DNA of 64,000 nucleotides from an uncultured Desulfospira sp. (GTDB lineage: Bacteria; Desulfobacterota; Desulfobacteria; Desulfobacterales; Desulfobacteraceae): contig OY760175.1 in NCBI GenBank assembly GCA_963663165.1, positions 2,400,001 through 2,464,000 of the forward strand, in the 5' to 3' direction. A program made the translations under genes and the position numbers. The notes beneath the pieces were generated by a model. The model had not been told where the DNA came from, ran no database searches, and saw only the letters and a program-made list of their open reading frames with translations. Of this stretch, positions 20,003 through 32,618 are shown piece after piece (within the stretch, counting starts at the first letter, position 1; every line of letters begins with the position of its first letter).

Positions 20003-20961
20003 TATTTTGCAGAAGATACAACCGCCTTGGGATGCCTGCCCGGAGAAAAGCCAAAGTGTTTTTTAAAGGTTTTGGAAAAATGGCTCAGGCTGGCATATCC
20101 CACGGCATAACTGACCTGGGTCACATTGGTTTTTCCCTCATTTAAAAGCGCTACGGCCGTTTCAAGGCGCTTGTTGCGCAAATAATCAAGGGGGGTAATG
20201 CCGTATACCATTTTGAAACAATCATAGAGCTTGCTGCGGCACATCCCCACGGACCGGGCAAGCTCGGCCATGGTCGGTGTCTCTTCCAGGTCCCGGGTCA
20301 GCAGCCGGGCAGCGCGCCGGACCCGTTCTATATCCGGTCCGGCCAAAGTGGATTTTGGGTCAAAAATCCGGGTTTCAGTGTCCAGCTGTGCCATTTTATG
20401 GGCTGTCAGCTCCATGACTTTGGCCTCAATAAAGAGGCTGCGGGCCACCCCGTGATAGGGACAGGACCGTATCTGGTCAATAACCGCCCGCATATTCGGC
20501 GTTATTGTATCTGAAAAACGGGAAGGCGATGTGTTTTCATCTGTCAGCGCCTTTGGAAGCCGTTCCGGATCTCCCATCCCAAAGGAGGGCAAAAGGCCGG
20601 GCTTCATCAAAACAGATACCCGGACCATGGGGCCGGGCCGGACTTTTTCGGTAAAACCGGCTGAATCCGGGAAAGAGAAACAGACGCTTTGCCCGGCTTT
20701 TATGGAAAAGGAATCCTTTAAACAAGACGAAGACGCCTCAATCTCTCCGGACAGACAAAAACCGAATCCCAGATGGGGACTCGGGCTGGTGTACTCTAAA
20801 ACAGTGGGCTTGTAGAACTCATAATCGGCAACCACCAGCTGCATGCCGCAGTTCAAAGGAATATGTGTAATCCCCCCCCTGCCCATGGATGAAGGGATTG
20901 AAAATTGATTGTTTGTTAAAGAATTTTTCTGATCAGGCGGAAACAGTTGAAGTATGTCCAT
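20002..20961 (-). CDS. AraC-family regulator (PchR/YbtA-like)
   Basis: C-terminal double HTH: ELARSVGM...FKMVYG...VGYASLSHFSKTFKKHFG. Confidence 0.92.
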   Translation of the reverse strand: MDILQLFPPDQKNSLTNNQFSIPSSMGRGGITHIPLNCGMQLVVADYEFYKPTVLEYTSPSPHLGFGFCLSGEIEASSSCLKDSFSIKAGQSVCFSFPDSAGFTEKVRPGPMVRVSVLMKPGLLPSFGMGDPERLPKALTDENTSPSRFSDTITPNMRAVIDQIRSCPYHGVARSLFIEAKVMELTAHKMAQLDTETRIFDPKSTLAGPDIERVRRAARLLTRDLEETPTMAELARSVGMCRSKLYDCFKMVYGITPLDYLRNKRLETAVALLNEGKTNVTQVSYAVGYASLSHFSKTFKKHFGFSPGRHPKAVVSSAK

Positions 20962-21451
20962 ATGGGTTGCTGTCCTGCTGGTGCAATCAATATTATTTTC
21001 TCATCAATAGATGTATTATGCCAAAAACATATTTTTTTAATATATAAACATTTTTTGTCAAGAAAAAAATATATTTGATCAGTAAAATTGTTTTAATTAC
21101 AAAACTTCATCTAATATATACGGCCTTCTTTTTACGCGATTAATCTGCCATCGAACCGGCATCCTCAAATCAAATTTATGGGAAACCACCACATAACCGA
21201 TGTTCAATTTGCCCGGGGCCCAACCAGCAGGGCAATCGCATGTAAAAAAATTATCCATGATGATTTTTATTTAATTTACATATACATTCAAGGTCCGCCC
21301 CCTCTGTGGTGTTTGGCGTAAGCCAAACCTCTGTGCCTCTCTGTGGTTAAAAAACAAGAAATCCCGAAGGGGTTGAATGGTTCTTCTTTAACCCCCTGGT
21401 TTTATAAATTGTGGGCTTCGCCCACTCTTTATATTTAACCACAGAGGGGCA

Positions 21452-23430
<1,979 letters not shown>

Positions 23431-23754
23431 CAGAGAAACACAGAGTTTCAGTGCTGCGCACTGAAATTGCATTCGGTAAGCTTAAACAGTAGGAAAGTTA
23501 CATGCGATTGCCCTGGCCCAACCAGCCGTTCACCTTTACACAGCTGAAAACTAAGGTGGCCCAAAACCCGGCTTCAAAATCACACCGATAAAAAATTGCA
23601 TCATTTCTAACGGTTCAACCCTTTTTTGCACACCAGGCAATTGACTTTAGGGATTTAGTGTGTATTTCATATACGTCAAAACCCGCCGTTTCAAAAATGC
23701 CGGGTCCCAATTTCAGACAGCCGGTAACGGCTGACAAATTAAAGGGGTAAAGAT

Positions 23755-24225
23755 ATGAAATTGAAACCAGATAAAACAACCGCCTTTCTCATGCTGGCCC
23801 TGTTCGTAATAACGCTGTCAGGATGCGCCACTTCAAGATCAGGCGAGGTTTACAGTGCCGATGAAGCTCGGAAAGTCCAGACCGTTGAAACCGGAACCAT
23901 CGAGTCGGTCAAGCAAGTCCTGATCCAGGGAGATCAGACCCCCATCGGGGCCATTGCCGGCGGGGTCACCGGCGGGGTGGTGGGCAGTTCCATCGGCCAT
24001 GGGCACGGAAGGGATGTGGCCACCGTGATCGGGGCCATTGCCGGTGCCGCAGCCGGGGCCGCCATTGAAAAGGGCGTTGCCCAGAAAAACGGACTTGAGC
24101 TGGTCATCAACAAGGATAACGGCGGGACCATTGTCATTGTCCAGGAAGCCGACGTGTTATTTTCCCCGGGAGACCGGGTCAGAATTATATCTTCACCATA
24201 CGGGGAAACCAGGGTCTCGAAATGA
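23755..24225 (+). CDS. SlyB-like glycine-zipper outer-membrane lipoprotein
   Basis: Lipobox LSGC, glycine zipper, and IVQE...GDRVR. Confidence 0.88.
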   Translation: MKLKPDKTTAFLMLALFVITLSGCATSRSGEVYSADEARKVQTVETGTIESVKQVLIQGDQTPIGAIAGGVTGGVVGSSIGHGHGRDVATVIGAIAGAAAGAAIEKGVAQKNGLELVINKDNGGTIVIVQEADVLFSPGDRVRIISSPYGETRVSK

Positions 24226-24338
24226 CATTAGACTTTAGACCATAGACATTAGACTTTAGACTATAGACAACAGGCTTTAGGGGCGGGGGACCTTAATTTT
24301 TCTCAAGTCCGGAGTCTAAAGTCTAAAGTCTCTAGTCC
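24226..24338. repeat. Inverted pair of 7-nt tandem tracts (TTAGACT-like / AGTCTAA-like)
   Basis: Seen directly between the lipoprotein gene and typA. Confidence 0.75.
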
Positions 24339-24443
24339 AAAAATAACTTGACCTGAACCCAAACTGCATCTAAAACCCAGGGGCCTGATGAAATGAATTC
24401 ATAAGGCCCCTTAAGTTTTTTCAACCAACCGGAAATAAAAGAA

Positions 24444-26291
24444 ATGAAATCCCAGACAGCAACAAATGAAAACCTACGCAATATTGCCATCATTGCCCAT
24501 GTTGACCATGGCAAGACCACCCTGGTGGATGCCATGTTCAAGCAAAGCGGGCTTTTCAGGGAAGGCCAGGAGGTGGACGACCGCCTCATGGACTCCATGG
24601 ACCTTGAACGGGAGCGCGGCATCACCATTGCCGCCAAAAACTGTTCCGTAACCTGCAACGGGGTAAAGATCAATATCATTGACACCCCCGGCCATGCGGA
24701 TTTTGGCGGAGAGGTGGAACGGGCCCTGTCCATGGCGGATTCGGCCATTCTGCTGGTGGACGCATCGGAAGGGCCTTTGCCCCAGACCCGGTTTGTGTTG
24801 AAAAAAACCTTTGAAGCCGGCCTGCCCGTCCTTGTGATCATTAATAAAATCGACCGGAAGGATGCCAGGCCCGATGAAGTCCTGGACATGGTCTATGACC
24901 TGTTCATTGACCTGGACGCCCCGGAAGACCAGCTGGATTTTACCTATCTTTACGCCATTGGCCGGGACGGCATTGTCAAACGGGAACTTGGCGAAGATGT
25001 GGACAACCTCAAGGTGCTCTTTGACATCATCCTGGATGAAATGCCCGCCCCTGCCTATGATCCGGATGCGCCCTTCCAGATGCTGGTATCAGACCTGGGG
25101 TATTCGGATTATCTGGGACGGCTTGCCATCGGCAAGGTGTTTAACGGATCGGCCGCATCCAACGACAATCTGGTCTGTTTAGCGGAAAATGACCGGAAAA
25201 TCCCCCTTAAGGTCAGCAAACTCCAGTCCTATGACGGCCCGGCCCTGGTTCCTGTGGACAAGGCCCAGGTCGGGGATATTGTGGTGCTGTCCGGAATAGA
25301 GGATGTGAAAATCGGGGATACCATCTGCACCCGGGAAGCCCCCCTTGCCCTGCCGAGAATCACTGTGGATGATCCCACGGTGTTCATGCAGTTTGCCATC
25401 AACACCTCCCCCTTTGCCGGCCAGGAAGGCAAAATTGTCCAGTCCCGGAAAATCCGGGAACGCCTGCTCAAGGAAACCTTGATGAATGTCGCCATTGTGG
25501 TGGAGGAAAGTCAGGATGACGAAAGTTTTGTGGTCAAGGGAAGGGGCGAACTTCAGCTGGCCATCCTTATCGAAACCATGCGCCGGGAGGGCTTTGAGCT
25601 TTGTGTGGGAAGGCCCCGGGTCATTTACCGGGAAGAGAACGGCCAGCGGCTGGAACCTATTGAACATCTGTTTGTGGACTGTGACGAAAACTTTATGGGC
25701 ATTGTCACGGAAAAGCTCTCCATCCGGAAGGGAAAGATGTCCAATCTGGTCAACAACGGTAAAGGACGGGTAAGAATCGAATTTTCCATTCCCTCCCGCT
25801 CCTTGATCGGATACCGGGACGAATTTTTGACCGATACCCGGGGAACCGGAATCATAAACTCCTATCTGTCCGGGTATGAGCCATTCCGGGGGGATTTCCC
25901 GGTCCGGTTCAATGGCTCCATTATTGCGGACCGGCAGGGCAAGGCGGTTCCCTATGCCCTGTATAACCTGGAACCCAGGGGGCAGCTGTTCATCCCGCCG
26001 GGAACCCCGGTATATGAAGGCATGGTTATCGGAGAGCATAACCGGAGCACAGACATCGACGTCAATGCCTGCAAAGAGAAAAAACTGACCAACATGCGGG
26101 CGTCCGGAAAAGATGATGCCACCATCTGCTCCCCGGTCAAACCCATGACCCTGGAGAAGGCTATTCATTTTATCGGCGACGATGAAATGGTTGAAGTCAC
26201 CCCGGTATCCATCAGAATTCGAAAAACCGTTCTGAACGCCCAGAAACGCCATCTGATTGCCGGAAAACTTAAAAAACAACAAACCGAATGA
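24444..26291 (+). CDS. typA: Translational GTPase TypA/BipA
   Basis: AHVDHGKTT, ERERGITI, DTPGHADFGGEVER, GRGELQL and KKLTNMRASG. Confidence 0.98.
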   Translation: MKSQTATNENLRNIAIIAHVDHGKTTLVDAMFKQSGLFREGQEVDDRLMDSMDLERERGITIAAKNCSVTCNGVKINIIDTPGHADFGGEVERALSMADSAILLVDASEGPLPQTRFVLKKTFEAGLPVLVIINKIDRKDARPDEVLDMVYDLFIDLDAPEDQLDFTYLYAIGRDGIVKRELGEDVDNLKVLFDIILDEMPAPAYDPDAPFQMLVSDLGYSDYLGRLAIGKVFNGSAASNDNLVCLAENDRKIPLKVSKLQSYDGPALVPVDKAQVGDIVVLSGIEDVKIGDTICTREAPLALPRITVDDPTVFMQFAINTSPFAGQEGKIVQSRKIRERLLKETLMNVAIVVEESQDDESFVVKGRGELQLAILIETMRREGFELCVGRPRVIYREENGQRLEPIEHLFVDCDENFMGIVTEKLSIRKGKMSNLVNNGKGRVRIEFSIPSRSLIGYRDEFLTDTRGTGIINSYLSGYEPFRGDFPVRFNGSIIADRQGKAVPYALYNLEPRGQLFIPPGTPVYEGMVIGEHNRSTDIDVNACKEKKLTNMRASGKDDATICSPVKPMTLEKAIHFIGDDEMVEVTPVSIRIRKTVLNAQKRHLIAGKLKKQQTE

Positions 26292-27163
26292 AACGGTTTG
26301 CCGGTGCATTCCTGGTTCTGGTGTCGGCGGCGGGTTTTGGGGCCATGCCCCTGTTTGCCCATTTTGCCTACCAGGACCAGGTTAACGTGAGTACCCTGTT
26401 GTTTTTCAGGTTTTTTATCGCGTTTTTGCTCATGGCCCCCATTACATTTTTCCGGCGGGATGTTCTGCCAAAGGGAAAAGACCTTTTAATTCTGCTGGCC
26501 ATGGGCCTGGTGGGGTATTCCGGGGTGTCCTTTTGTTATTTTACCGCTTTGACCCTGATCCCGGCGGCCCTGGTGGCCATTTTGCTTTACCTTTATCCGG
26601 TAAACGTGACCCTGTTGTCGGTTCTGATCTACCGGGAACCTTTGACCGTAAAAAAACTATTGGCCTTAGGTCTTGCCCTGGCCGGAACCGTCCTTGTGGT
26701 GGGGTTTGTACCGGGATCCTCCATTAAGGGAATCTTTATCGGGGCCATGGCCTCGGTGTTTTATTCGTGCTATATCCTGGCCGGCAGCCGGGTCATGAAG
26801 CGGCACCACCCCTTTCCCTCAAGCGTGGTGATCATTGGTGCAGCATCCCTTTTTTATCTGGTTTACAGCATCAAGGCCGGATTTACCCTGCCCTCATCTG
26901 CTGCCGGGGGGATCAGCATGGTCTGCCTGGCCCTGGTCTCAACCTTTATGGCCATTTTTACCTTTTTTATGGGCGTCAAGCTTACGGGCCCGGTTAACGC
27001 ATCTTTGCTGTCCACCTTTGAGCCTGTGGCCACCATTGGCCTGTTTTTTCTGGCCTTTGGCACCCCCATCACCCCTGTTCAGGGCTTTGGGACCCTTTTA
27101 ATTCTTTTATCGGCCGTGGTGACGGCCCTTGAGGTGCAGCCAGTGGAAATGGAGCCGCGCTGA
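26288..27163 (+). CDS. EamA/DMT-family transporter
   Basis: About 10 TM helices in two repeats; LSTFEPV motif. Confidence 0.88.
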   Translation: MKRFAGAFLVLVSAAGFGAMPLFAHFAYQDQVNVSTLLFFRFFIAFLLMAPITFFRRDVLPKGKDLLILLAMGLVGYSGVSFCYFTALTLIPAALVAILLYLYPVNVTLLSVLIYREPLTVKKLLALGLALAGTVLVVGFVPGSSIKGIFIGAMASVFYSCYILAGSRVMKRHHPFPSSVVIIGAASLFYLVYSIKAGFTLPSSAAGGISMVCLALVSTFMAIFTFFMGVKLTGPVNASLLSTFEPVATIGLFFLAFGTPITPVQGFGTLLILLSAVVTALEVQPVEMEPR

Positions 27164-27226
27164 TGACTCATCCTGCAGCCTGACCCGATGCGAATTTAAA
27201 ATGCGGCAAGGGATTGTAACATCCGG

Positions 27227-27970
27227 TTATGACAGCCGGCCTCCCCGGGAATTTGGTTTGCCTTTTGAGGGCCGTTTTTTCATTTTTTCGTTAAACCGGC
27301 TGACATGGTCCATGATGATATGAGAGGCTTTGGCACAGTCTTTTGCCTTTATGGCGTCAATAATTTTTTCAAAATCCGTCAGGTTTTCCAGGGTCCGTTC
27401 ATGGTTCATGGGCAGAAAATCCCGATAATAGGGATGAATATTGTCATGGATGCTTTTCTGGATAAACTGGAATACCGGGTTTCGGGACATAATGCCCAGA
27501 TAGGTGTGCATGGCCATGTCGGTCTTTAAAAACTGATCCCAGTCCTGCTTCTCAAAACAGGTCCTCGCCGTTGCAAGGAGCTGCTCCATCTGCTGAATAT
27601 CCGCTTTGGTCGCCCGCATCGTTGCAAGCTCCGTAAGGCTGCCTTCCATCTTGATCCGAAATTCCGAGATATGTTCCAGGGAAATTTTTCCTGACCGGAT
27701 CAGCAGGGCTAAGGATTCGGCCATGGGCTCGGAATTGATCCGTTTGACAATGGCCCCGCCGGCAACCCCTAACTTGATTTCGATAATGCCTTTTTGCTCC
27801 AGCACCCTTAAGGCCTCGCGCAAGGTCCCCCGGCTGGTGTTGAACATATCCTTGAGTTCCCTTTCTGCGGGCAGCCGTTCTCCGGGTTTGAGTTTCCCGC
27901 TCAAAACCGCTTCTTGTATCTGCTCCACAATATCTTGGAATACCCTGTTCTGTTTGGCCTTTTTAAACAT
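27227..27970 (-). CDS. FadR/GntR-family regulator
   Basis: LKPGERLPAEREL...SRGTLREAL HTH followed by an FCD-like domain. Confidence 0.93.
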   Translation of the reverse strand: MFKKAKQNRVFQDIVEQIQEAVLSGKLKPGERLPAERELKDMFNTSRGTLREALRVLEQKGIIEIKLGVAGGAIVKRINSEPMAESLALLIRSGKISLEHISEFRIKMEGSLTELATMRATKADIQQMEQLLATARTCFEKQDWDQFLKTDMAMHTYLGIMSRNPVFQFIQKSIHDNIHPYYRDFLPMNHERTLENLTDFEKIIDAIKAKDCAKASHIIMDHVSRFNEKMKKRPSKGKPNSRGGRLS

Positions 27971-28140
27971 ATATCCTGTTTTGTTTTCCTTAGCTTCAGG
28001 TTTGAACCGATCTTATCCCATTGTTTTTTTTACGAGGCCTTTATGAAATCACTTACGTGCGGCTGTGTCAAACAGATAATGGTTCTACCATTTTTGGGGA
28101 CTTGGGTTATGGGACCTGGGGTTTGGGATATGGACGAATT

Positions 28141-29922
28141 TCAGGGTTTTCGTTTCGCCTTACGTTTTCTGCCTCCGGTCTCCGGTTTCCGGTTCCCCGG
28201 TTTCCGTTTTCCGTTCTCCCGTTTCCGCTCTCCCGTCTTTCCCCTCTTGTCCGTCAGAATCTCTTTTTGCCGCTGTTGTTGCTTCACATCTTTTTCAACA
28301 AATATGGATTTCCCGTCAAAGGGGTTTATACCGGTATAGTACATCAAGGTCGAGAAGGTTGACGGGGTTGCCGTAAAGATCTGGACCTGTTCCGGACTGA
28401 TTTTCAGATGTTCCAGGCAAAACCGCTTGGCATCTTCCATATCCTTTCCGGTGCAGCCCGGATGGGCCGCAATAAAATAATAGGTCAGAAACTGCTTTTT
28501 CCCGGCCCGGGCAGACAGCCGGTCAAACAGGGTTTTAAATTCCAGCAGCGGGGCGGTTCCGGGTTTTCCCATAAGATCAAGGACACAGGCATTGGTATGC
28601 TCAGGGGCCAGTTTCATCTGTCCGGACACATGGTCCTTGCAGACGGCTTCAAGGTATGCCCGGCCATGGGATTTATCGTTCAAGATCAGGTCATGCCGGA
28701 TTCCGGAGTTGACAAACACCTTTTTGACCCGGTCAAGGCGACTGATCTGTTTTAGCAGTTCCAACTGCCGACAGTGATCCGGTTTAAGGCTCGGGCATAC
28801 CTTGGGATACAGGCATCGTTTGTCCCGGCATGCCCCTTTGGCCAGTTTTTTTTGACACTCAAACCCGTACATATTGGCCGTGGGCCCCCCAAGGTCCTGA
28901 ATAATCCCTTTAAAATCCGGCAGGCGGGTCAGGGCCCGGGCTTCTTTTAAAATGGATTCAGGGCTTCGAGATGTCACGGTCCGGCCCTGGTGAACGGCAA
29001 TGGCGCAAAAGTTACACTCCCCGTAACACCCGGTGTGGGTGGTAATGGAAAACCGGATGGTATCCAGGGCCCTGACCTTGCCGTCCGCCTGATGGAAGGG
29101 ATGGGCATCCCGTTCAAAATCAAGGTCATGGACCTGGTCCAGCTCCCGGGTGGTGGACAGGGGAGAAGGGACATTGAGGATCAGGTACCGGTCATTATAC
29201 CGCTGGCAAAGCCCCTGGCCGGTAACGGGATCCATGTTTTCGTAAAACTGTATGAAACTTTGGGCATAAGCGGTTTTATCCTTTTGAACCTGCTCAAATG
29301 AGGGCAGTTCCACCCCTTTTTTTTCCTTTGCAATATACCCGATGCCGGGGATGTCACAAGGATCACTTTTGGCTTTTAAAGCCGCTGCCAGGGCCGGGGT
29401 ACTGGCATGTCCCATGCCGAACACCAGATAGTCGGCCCTGGCGTCAAACAGAATGGAACGGCGGATTTTGTTGGACCAGACATCGTAATGGGCAATTCGT
29501 CTCAAGCTGGCCTCAATGCCCCCTAAAACCAGGGGAACCGTGGATTTGAAATACCTTCGGACCAGGTTGGCGTAAACGATCACAGCCCGGTCCGGCCGGC
29601 GGTTGTTTACACCTCCGGGGGTATAATCATCCTGTTTTCGGAACTTGCCGGCAGCCGTGTAATTGGCCACCATGGAGTCCACGGCCCCGCCGGTGACCCC
29701 CCAGAAAACCCGTGGCTCCCCCAACCGGGCAATATCCCGGTCGCTGTCCGTATCCGGCTGGGCAATAATCCCCACCCGGAATCCGCAAGAGATCAAGACC
29801 TTGCCGATAACGGCCACGCCCATGAAAGGGGAGTCAATATAGGCGTCTCCGGTGACCAGAATCACGTCCAGACCGGTCCACCCCAGGGCATAAACTTCTT
29901 TTAATGTGGTGGGAATAAACAT
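28141..29922 (-). CDS. ygiQ: YgiQ-family radical SAM protein
   Basis: GDAYIDSP, GGIEASLRR, CYGECNFC, DLGGPTANMY and APEH. Start taken at MFIPTT. Confidence 0.92.
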   Translation of the reverse strand: MFIPTTLKEVYALGWTGLDVILVTGDAYIDSPFMGVAVIGKVLISCGFRVGIIAQPDTDSDRDIARLGEPRVFWGVTGGAVDSMVANYTAAGKFRKQDDYTPGGVNNRRPDRAVIVYANLVRRYFKSTVPLVLGGIEASLRRIAHYDVWSNKIRRSILFDARADYLVFGMGHASTPALAAALKAKSDPCDIPGIGYIAKEKKGVELPSFEQVQKDKTAYAQSFIQFYENMDPVTGQGLCQRYNDRYLILNVPSPLSTTRELDQVHDLDFERDAHPFHQADGKVRALDTIRFSITTHTGCYGECNFCAIAVHQGRTVTSRSPESILKEARALTRLPDFKGIIQDLGGPTANMYGFECQKKLAKGACRDKRCLYPKVCPSLKPDHCRQLELLKQISRLDRVKKVFVNSGIRHDLILNDKSHGRAYLEAVCKDHVSGQMKLAPEHTNACVLDLMGKPGTAPLLEFKTLFDRLSARAGKKQFLTYYFIAAHPGCTGKDMEDAKRFCLEHLKISPEQVQIFTATPSTFSTLMYYTGINPFDGKSIFVEKDVKQQQRQKEILTDKRGKTGERKRENGKRKPGNRKPETGGRKRKAKRKP

Positions 29923-30010
29923 GGATTTAAGGCCCTTTGTGTCATAGGTCTGGTATTTACCAGCACAAACGGCAAGAAACAAGGGTGGATCATCACATTT
30001 ATTTTTTTTA

Positions 30011-30102
30011 TAATAAAGTCTCACTAAGGTCCTGAGAAAACTTTCAATATTTGTTGTGGACGGTTCTTGGTTGGATAACCCAAGCCGTCCGTGACGGTTA
30101 TA
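30011..30102 (+). repeat. ~92-nt structured repeat element, copy C
   Basis: Near-identical to the reverse complement of 12208-12299. Confidence 0.88.
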
Positions 30103-30132
30103 AAAATTTATTCGAACGTAGGTTAGGGTGGT

Positions 30133-30161
30133 GTAGGGGCAAATTCATGAATTGCCCCTAC
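30133..30161 (+). repeat. GTAG-type REP palindrome
   Basis: GTAGGGGCAAATTCATGAATTGCCCCTAC. Confidence 0.75.
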
Positions 30162-30232
30162 CGCCCCACAACACCGTCTCATCCGGTATGGTGCCCAAAA
30201 ATCCCAACCCTCCGAAAGCCGGGGAATAAGAA

Positions 30233-30266
30233 TTGACAACTATGGCTAAGTTAGCTAAGCTATAAT
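30233..30266 (+). promoter_or_regulatory. Candidate sigma70 promoter/operator of the Phd-VapC module
   Basis: TTGACA-17 bp-TAAGCT, with the palindrome GCTAAGTTAGC in the spacer. Confidence 0.4.
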
Positions 30267-30291
30267 CCTTATATTTTGAAAGGAATTCAAA

Positions 30292-30519
30292 ATGGAAATT
30301 GTCAGCGTATTTGAGGCAAAAAACAAGCTTTCCCAATTGCTGTCCAATGTTGAAAAGCTGGATGCCTCTTACCTTATATGCCGGAATGGGACACCGGTGG
30401 CTAAAATTGTAGCCCATAAAGCCAAAAACCGGTTAACAGGGTCGTCTGATCTGAAAGTCACGGTAAACGGCCCGTTATTTGATGATGATATGAGTCAGGA
30501 TTTTGAATGTCTTCAATAA
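30292..30519 (+). CDS. Phd/YefM-family antitoxin
   Basis: VSVFEAKNKLSQLL...ICRNGTPVAKIV. Confidence 0.9.
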   Translation: MEIVSVFEAKNKLSQLLSNVEKLDASYLICRNGTPVAKIVAHKAKNRLTGSSDLKVTVNGPLFDDDMSQDFECLQ

Positions 30520-30893
30520 TGCTTGACACCTGCGGTCTGATCTGGCTGGTGAACGGCGGGGGCCGGATTTCAGAGCCGACCTTAAAAATCATTCAAGATG
30601 CTGACCTGGTATACGTCAGTGCCGCAACGGCCCTTGAAATCGGGTGCAAAGCAGCCCTTGAAAAACTTGAATTGCCGATGGCGGCTGGTGCCTGGTACGA
30701 AAAGGCCCTTGAAATTCACGATTTGGTCGAAATTCCGGTAACCGGAAAAATTGCCATGCTTTCAGCTGACCTGCCTTTCATCCACAAAGATCCTGCGGAC
30801 AGGATAATCATTGCCACAGCAAAGCTGAACCATCTGCCGGTGGTTACCCATGACAGCCGGTTTGAGCAATACTCTGTTTGTGTACTCAGATAA
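30507..30893 (+). CDS. VapC/PIN toxin
   Basis: LDTC, VSAATALEI, HKDPADRIIIATA and VTHD motifs. Confidence 0.92.
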   Translation: MSSIMLDTCGLIWLVNGGGRISEPTLKIIQDADLVYVSAATALEIGCKAALEKLELPMAAGAWYEKALEIHDLVEIPVTGKIAMLSADLPFIHKDPADRIIIATAKLNHLPVVTHDSRFEQYSVCVLR

Positions 30894-30933
30894 CTTAACA
30901 CAGATGTTTCGGGACAGTTTTTAAGGAGCCTCA

Positions 30934-31680
30934 ATGAACTCAGATACTCAAATCCCTACATGTGAAGTTGCCTTAGTAACCGGTGCCGGCCGGGGTATCG
31001 GCCGGGCCATTGCCATAGGACTTGCCCAAACGGGCCGGTTTGTTTACATCAATTTCAAGTCCAATGCCAAAGAAGCCCAAAATACCCTTGATATGGTCCG
31101 GCAGGCCGGGGGGGACGGCAGCCTGATTCCCTTTGATGTCACCGATGAAAAAGCCACAGCCGCCGCCTTGAAAACCATTTACAAGGACAAGGGCTTTATT
31201 GATATCCTGGTCAACAATGCCGGGATCCGGGAGGATACCCTCATGGCCTGGATGAAATTTGAAAACTGGCAGCAGGTTCTGGATACCAACCTGACCGGAT
31301 TTTTCAATGTCACCAAGCCCGTGGTCAAAAAAATGGTGTCCAGACAAAAGGGAAGAATTATCAATATGGCATCGACTTCCGGCCAGACCGGCCAGTCCGG
31401 CCAGGTCAACTATTCGGCATCCAAGGCCGGTCTCATCGGGGCCACCAAAGCCCTGGCCAGGGAAATTGCCACACGGCAGATCACGGTCAACGCCGTGGCC
31501 CCGGGATTTATTGGAACAGACATGGTGGACGGAATTTCCCGGGAAAAGGCCATTGAGACCATTCCCATGGGCCGGTTAGGACTTCCTGAAGAGGTCGCCG
31601 CCACAGTTGTTTTTCTTTGTTCGCCCCTTGCCGGCTATATCACCGGCCAGGTCATCGGCATCAACGGCGGAATCTGTTAG
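30934..31680 (+). CDS. fabG: 3-oxoacyl-ACP reductase (SDR)
   Basis: TGAGRGIG, NNAGI, YSASK, VAPGFI and YITGQVI. Confidence 0.85.
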   Translation: MNSDTQIPTCEVALVTGAGRGIGRAIAIGLAQTGRFVYINFKSNAKEAQNTLDMVRQAGGDGSLIPFDVTDEKATAAALKTIYKDKGFIDILVNNAGIREDTLMAWMKFENWQQVLDTNLTGFFNVTKPVVKKMVSRQKGRIINMASTSGQTGQSGQVNYSASKAGLIGATKALAREIATRQITVNAVAPGFIGTDMVDGISREKAIETIPMGRLGLPEEVAATVVFLCSPLAGYITGQVIGINGGIC

Positions 31681-31724
31681 CACCTCAGACCCATCGCAAA
31701 TTTCCGGTCTCCGGTTTCCCGTTT

Positions 31725-32495
31725 TCATGCCTCCTGGCACCAAGTCCCGACCCGGGCGGAAAACACCAGGTCCTCATCAAAAAAGGAAAAATACCCCCAG
31801 CTGCCGACCTGGTCTTTTAAGTTGTAGCACAGGTGTTCCAGATGAAAGGCCGGGGCCCCTTCCCTGGTGTTGAAATATTCAGCCTCTTCTTTATCCATGG
31901 CCGCCACCTTAAGGGTAAATATGCCCCGTTTAATGTTGCCTTTCGCGGCTGAAAAATCTTCGCTGCCCAGACATTCCAGAAAAGCCCGTAGAGATCTGGC
32001 TTTCAGGTCCACCTTTCCCAGGGGCTGTTTGGGATCATATCTCAGGTATTGATGGTGATACAGGATGGGGGTATCACCCCGGATAACCATCCGACGCAGA
32101 TGAAGCGCCTTGGCCCCGGTCCGGATACCCAGTTTCTCGGCAACCAGTTTGCCGGCGTTGAGTACCCGCCTGTCAAGAAGGCTGATCCTGGTTTTACCCG
32201 AAGGTTTAAACAGGTCATGGAGACGGGTTAAATCAAAGCTGACCTTATCAAGGTTAAAACATTTGACAATGGTCCCCTTCCCCCTGGTGGTTTCAACAAG
32301 CCCCTGTTCAACCAGTATCCGGACAGCCCGCCGGACCGTAACGGAACTGACATCGTAAAGGGCTTTGAGCTTTGCCTCAGAGGGCAGCCAGCTCCCCGGG
32401 GGATATGTTCCGGAATCAATTTCATTTTTTAAAATATCAACGAGCTGGGAATAGACCGGCTGGTATGCGTTTTTATCAATTTTATGCATAGTCAT
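31725..32495 (-). CDS. GntR-family (HutC/UTRA) regulator
   Basis: YPPGSWLPSE...VSSVTVRRAV...RGKGT followed by a UTRA-like C-terminus. Confidence 0.88.
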   Translation of the reverse strand: MTMHKIDKNAYQPVYSQLVDILKNEIDSGTYPPGSWLPSEAKLKALYDVSSVTVRRAVRILVEQGLVETTRGKGTIVKCFNLDKVSFDLTRLHDLFKPSGKTRISLLDRRVLNAGKLVAEKLGIRTGAKALHLRRMVIRGDTPILYHHQYLRYDPKQPLGKVDLKARSLRAFLECLGSEDFSAAKGNIKRGIFTLKVAAMDKEEAEYFNTREGAPAFHLEHLCYNLKDQVGSWGYFSFFDEDLVFSARVGTWCQEA

Positions 32496-32618
32496 AAATG
32501 GTTGGGGGGGATACCGGGCGATAACCCCATGGTTTGTCCGGCATTCCCATAGGAATATAGTCAGGGTCATGCCGTGAAGTCAACATTTTATTATCTTTCA
32601 CAAATTAACAAAATCCAT

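Noticed and set aside
20985..21010. Fur box upstream of the AraC/TBDR module
   Set aside because: The region is AT-rich with only a partial match, and the symmetry is too weak to call by eye.
25179..26309. Long antisense ORFs (e.g. 25179-26309, 4065-4994, 59008-59889, 52407-53153, 6770-7585)
   Set aside because: They are shadows of well-supported genes on the opposite strand and carry no recognisable motifs.
30133..30161. RAYT/REP-associated transposase locus
   Set aside because: Only a single GTAG REP is present, and no RAYT gene is in the window.
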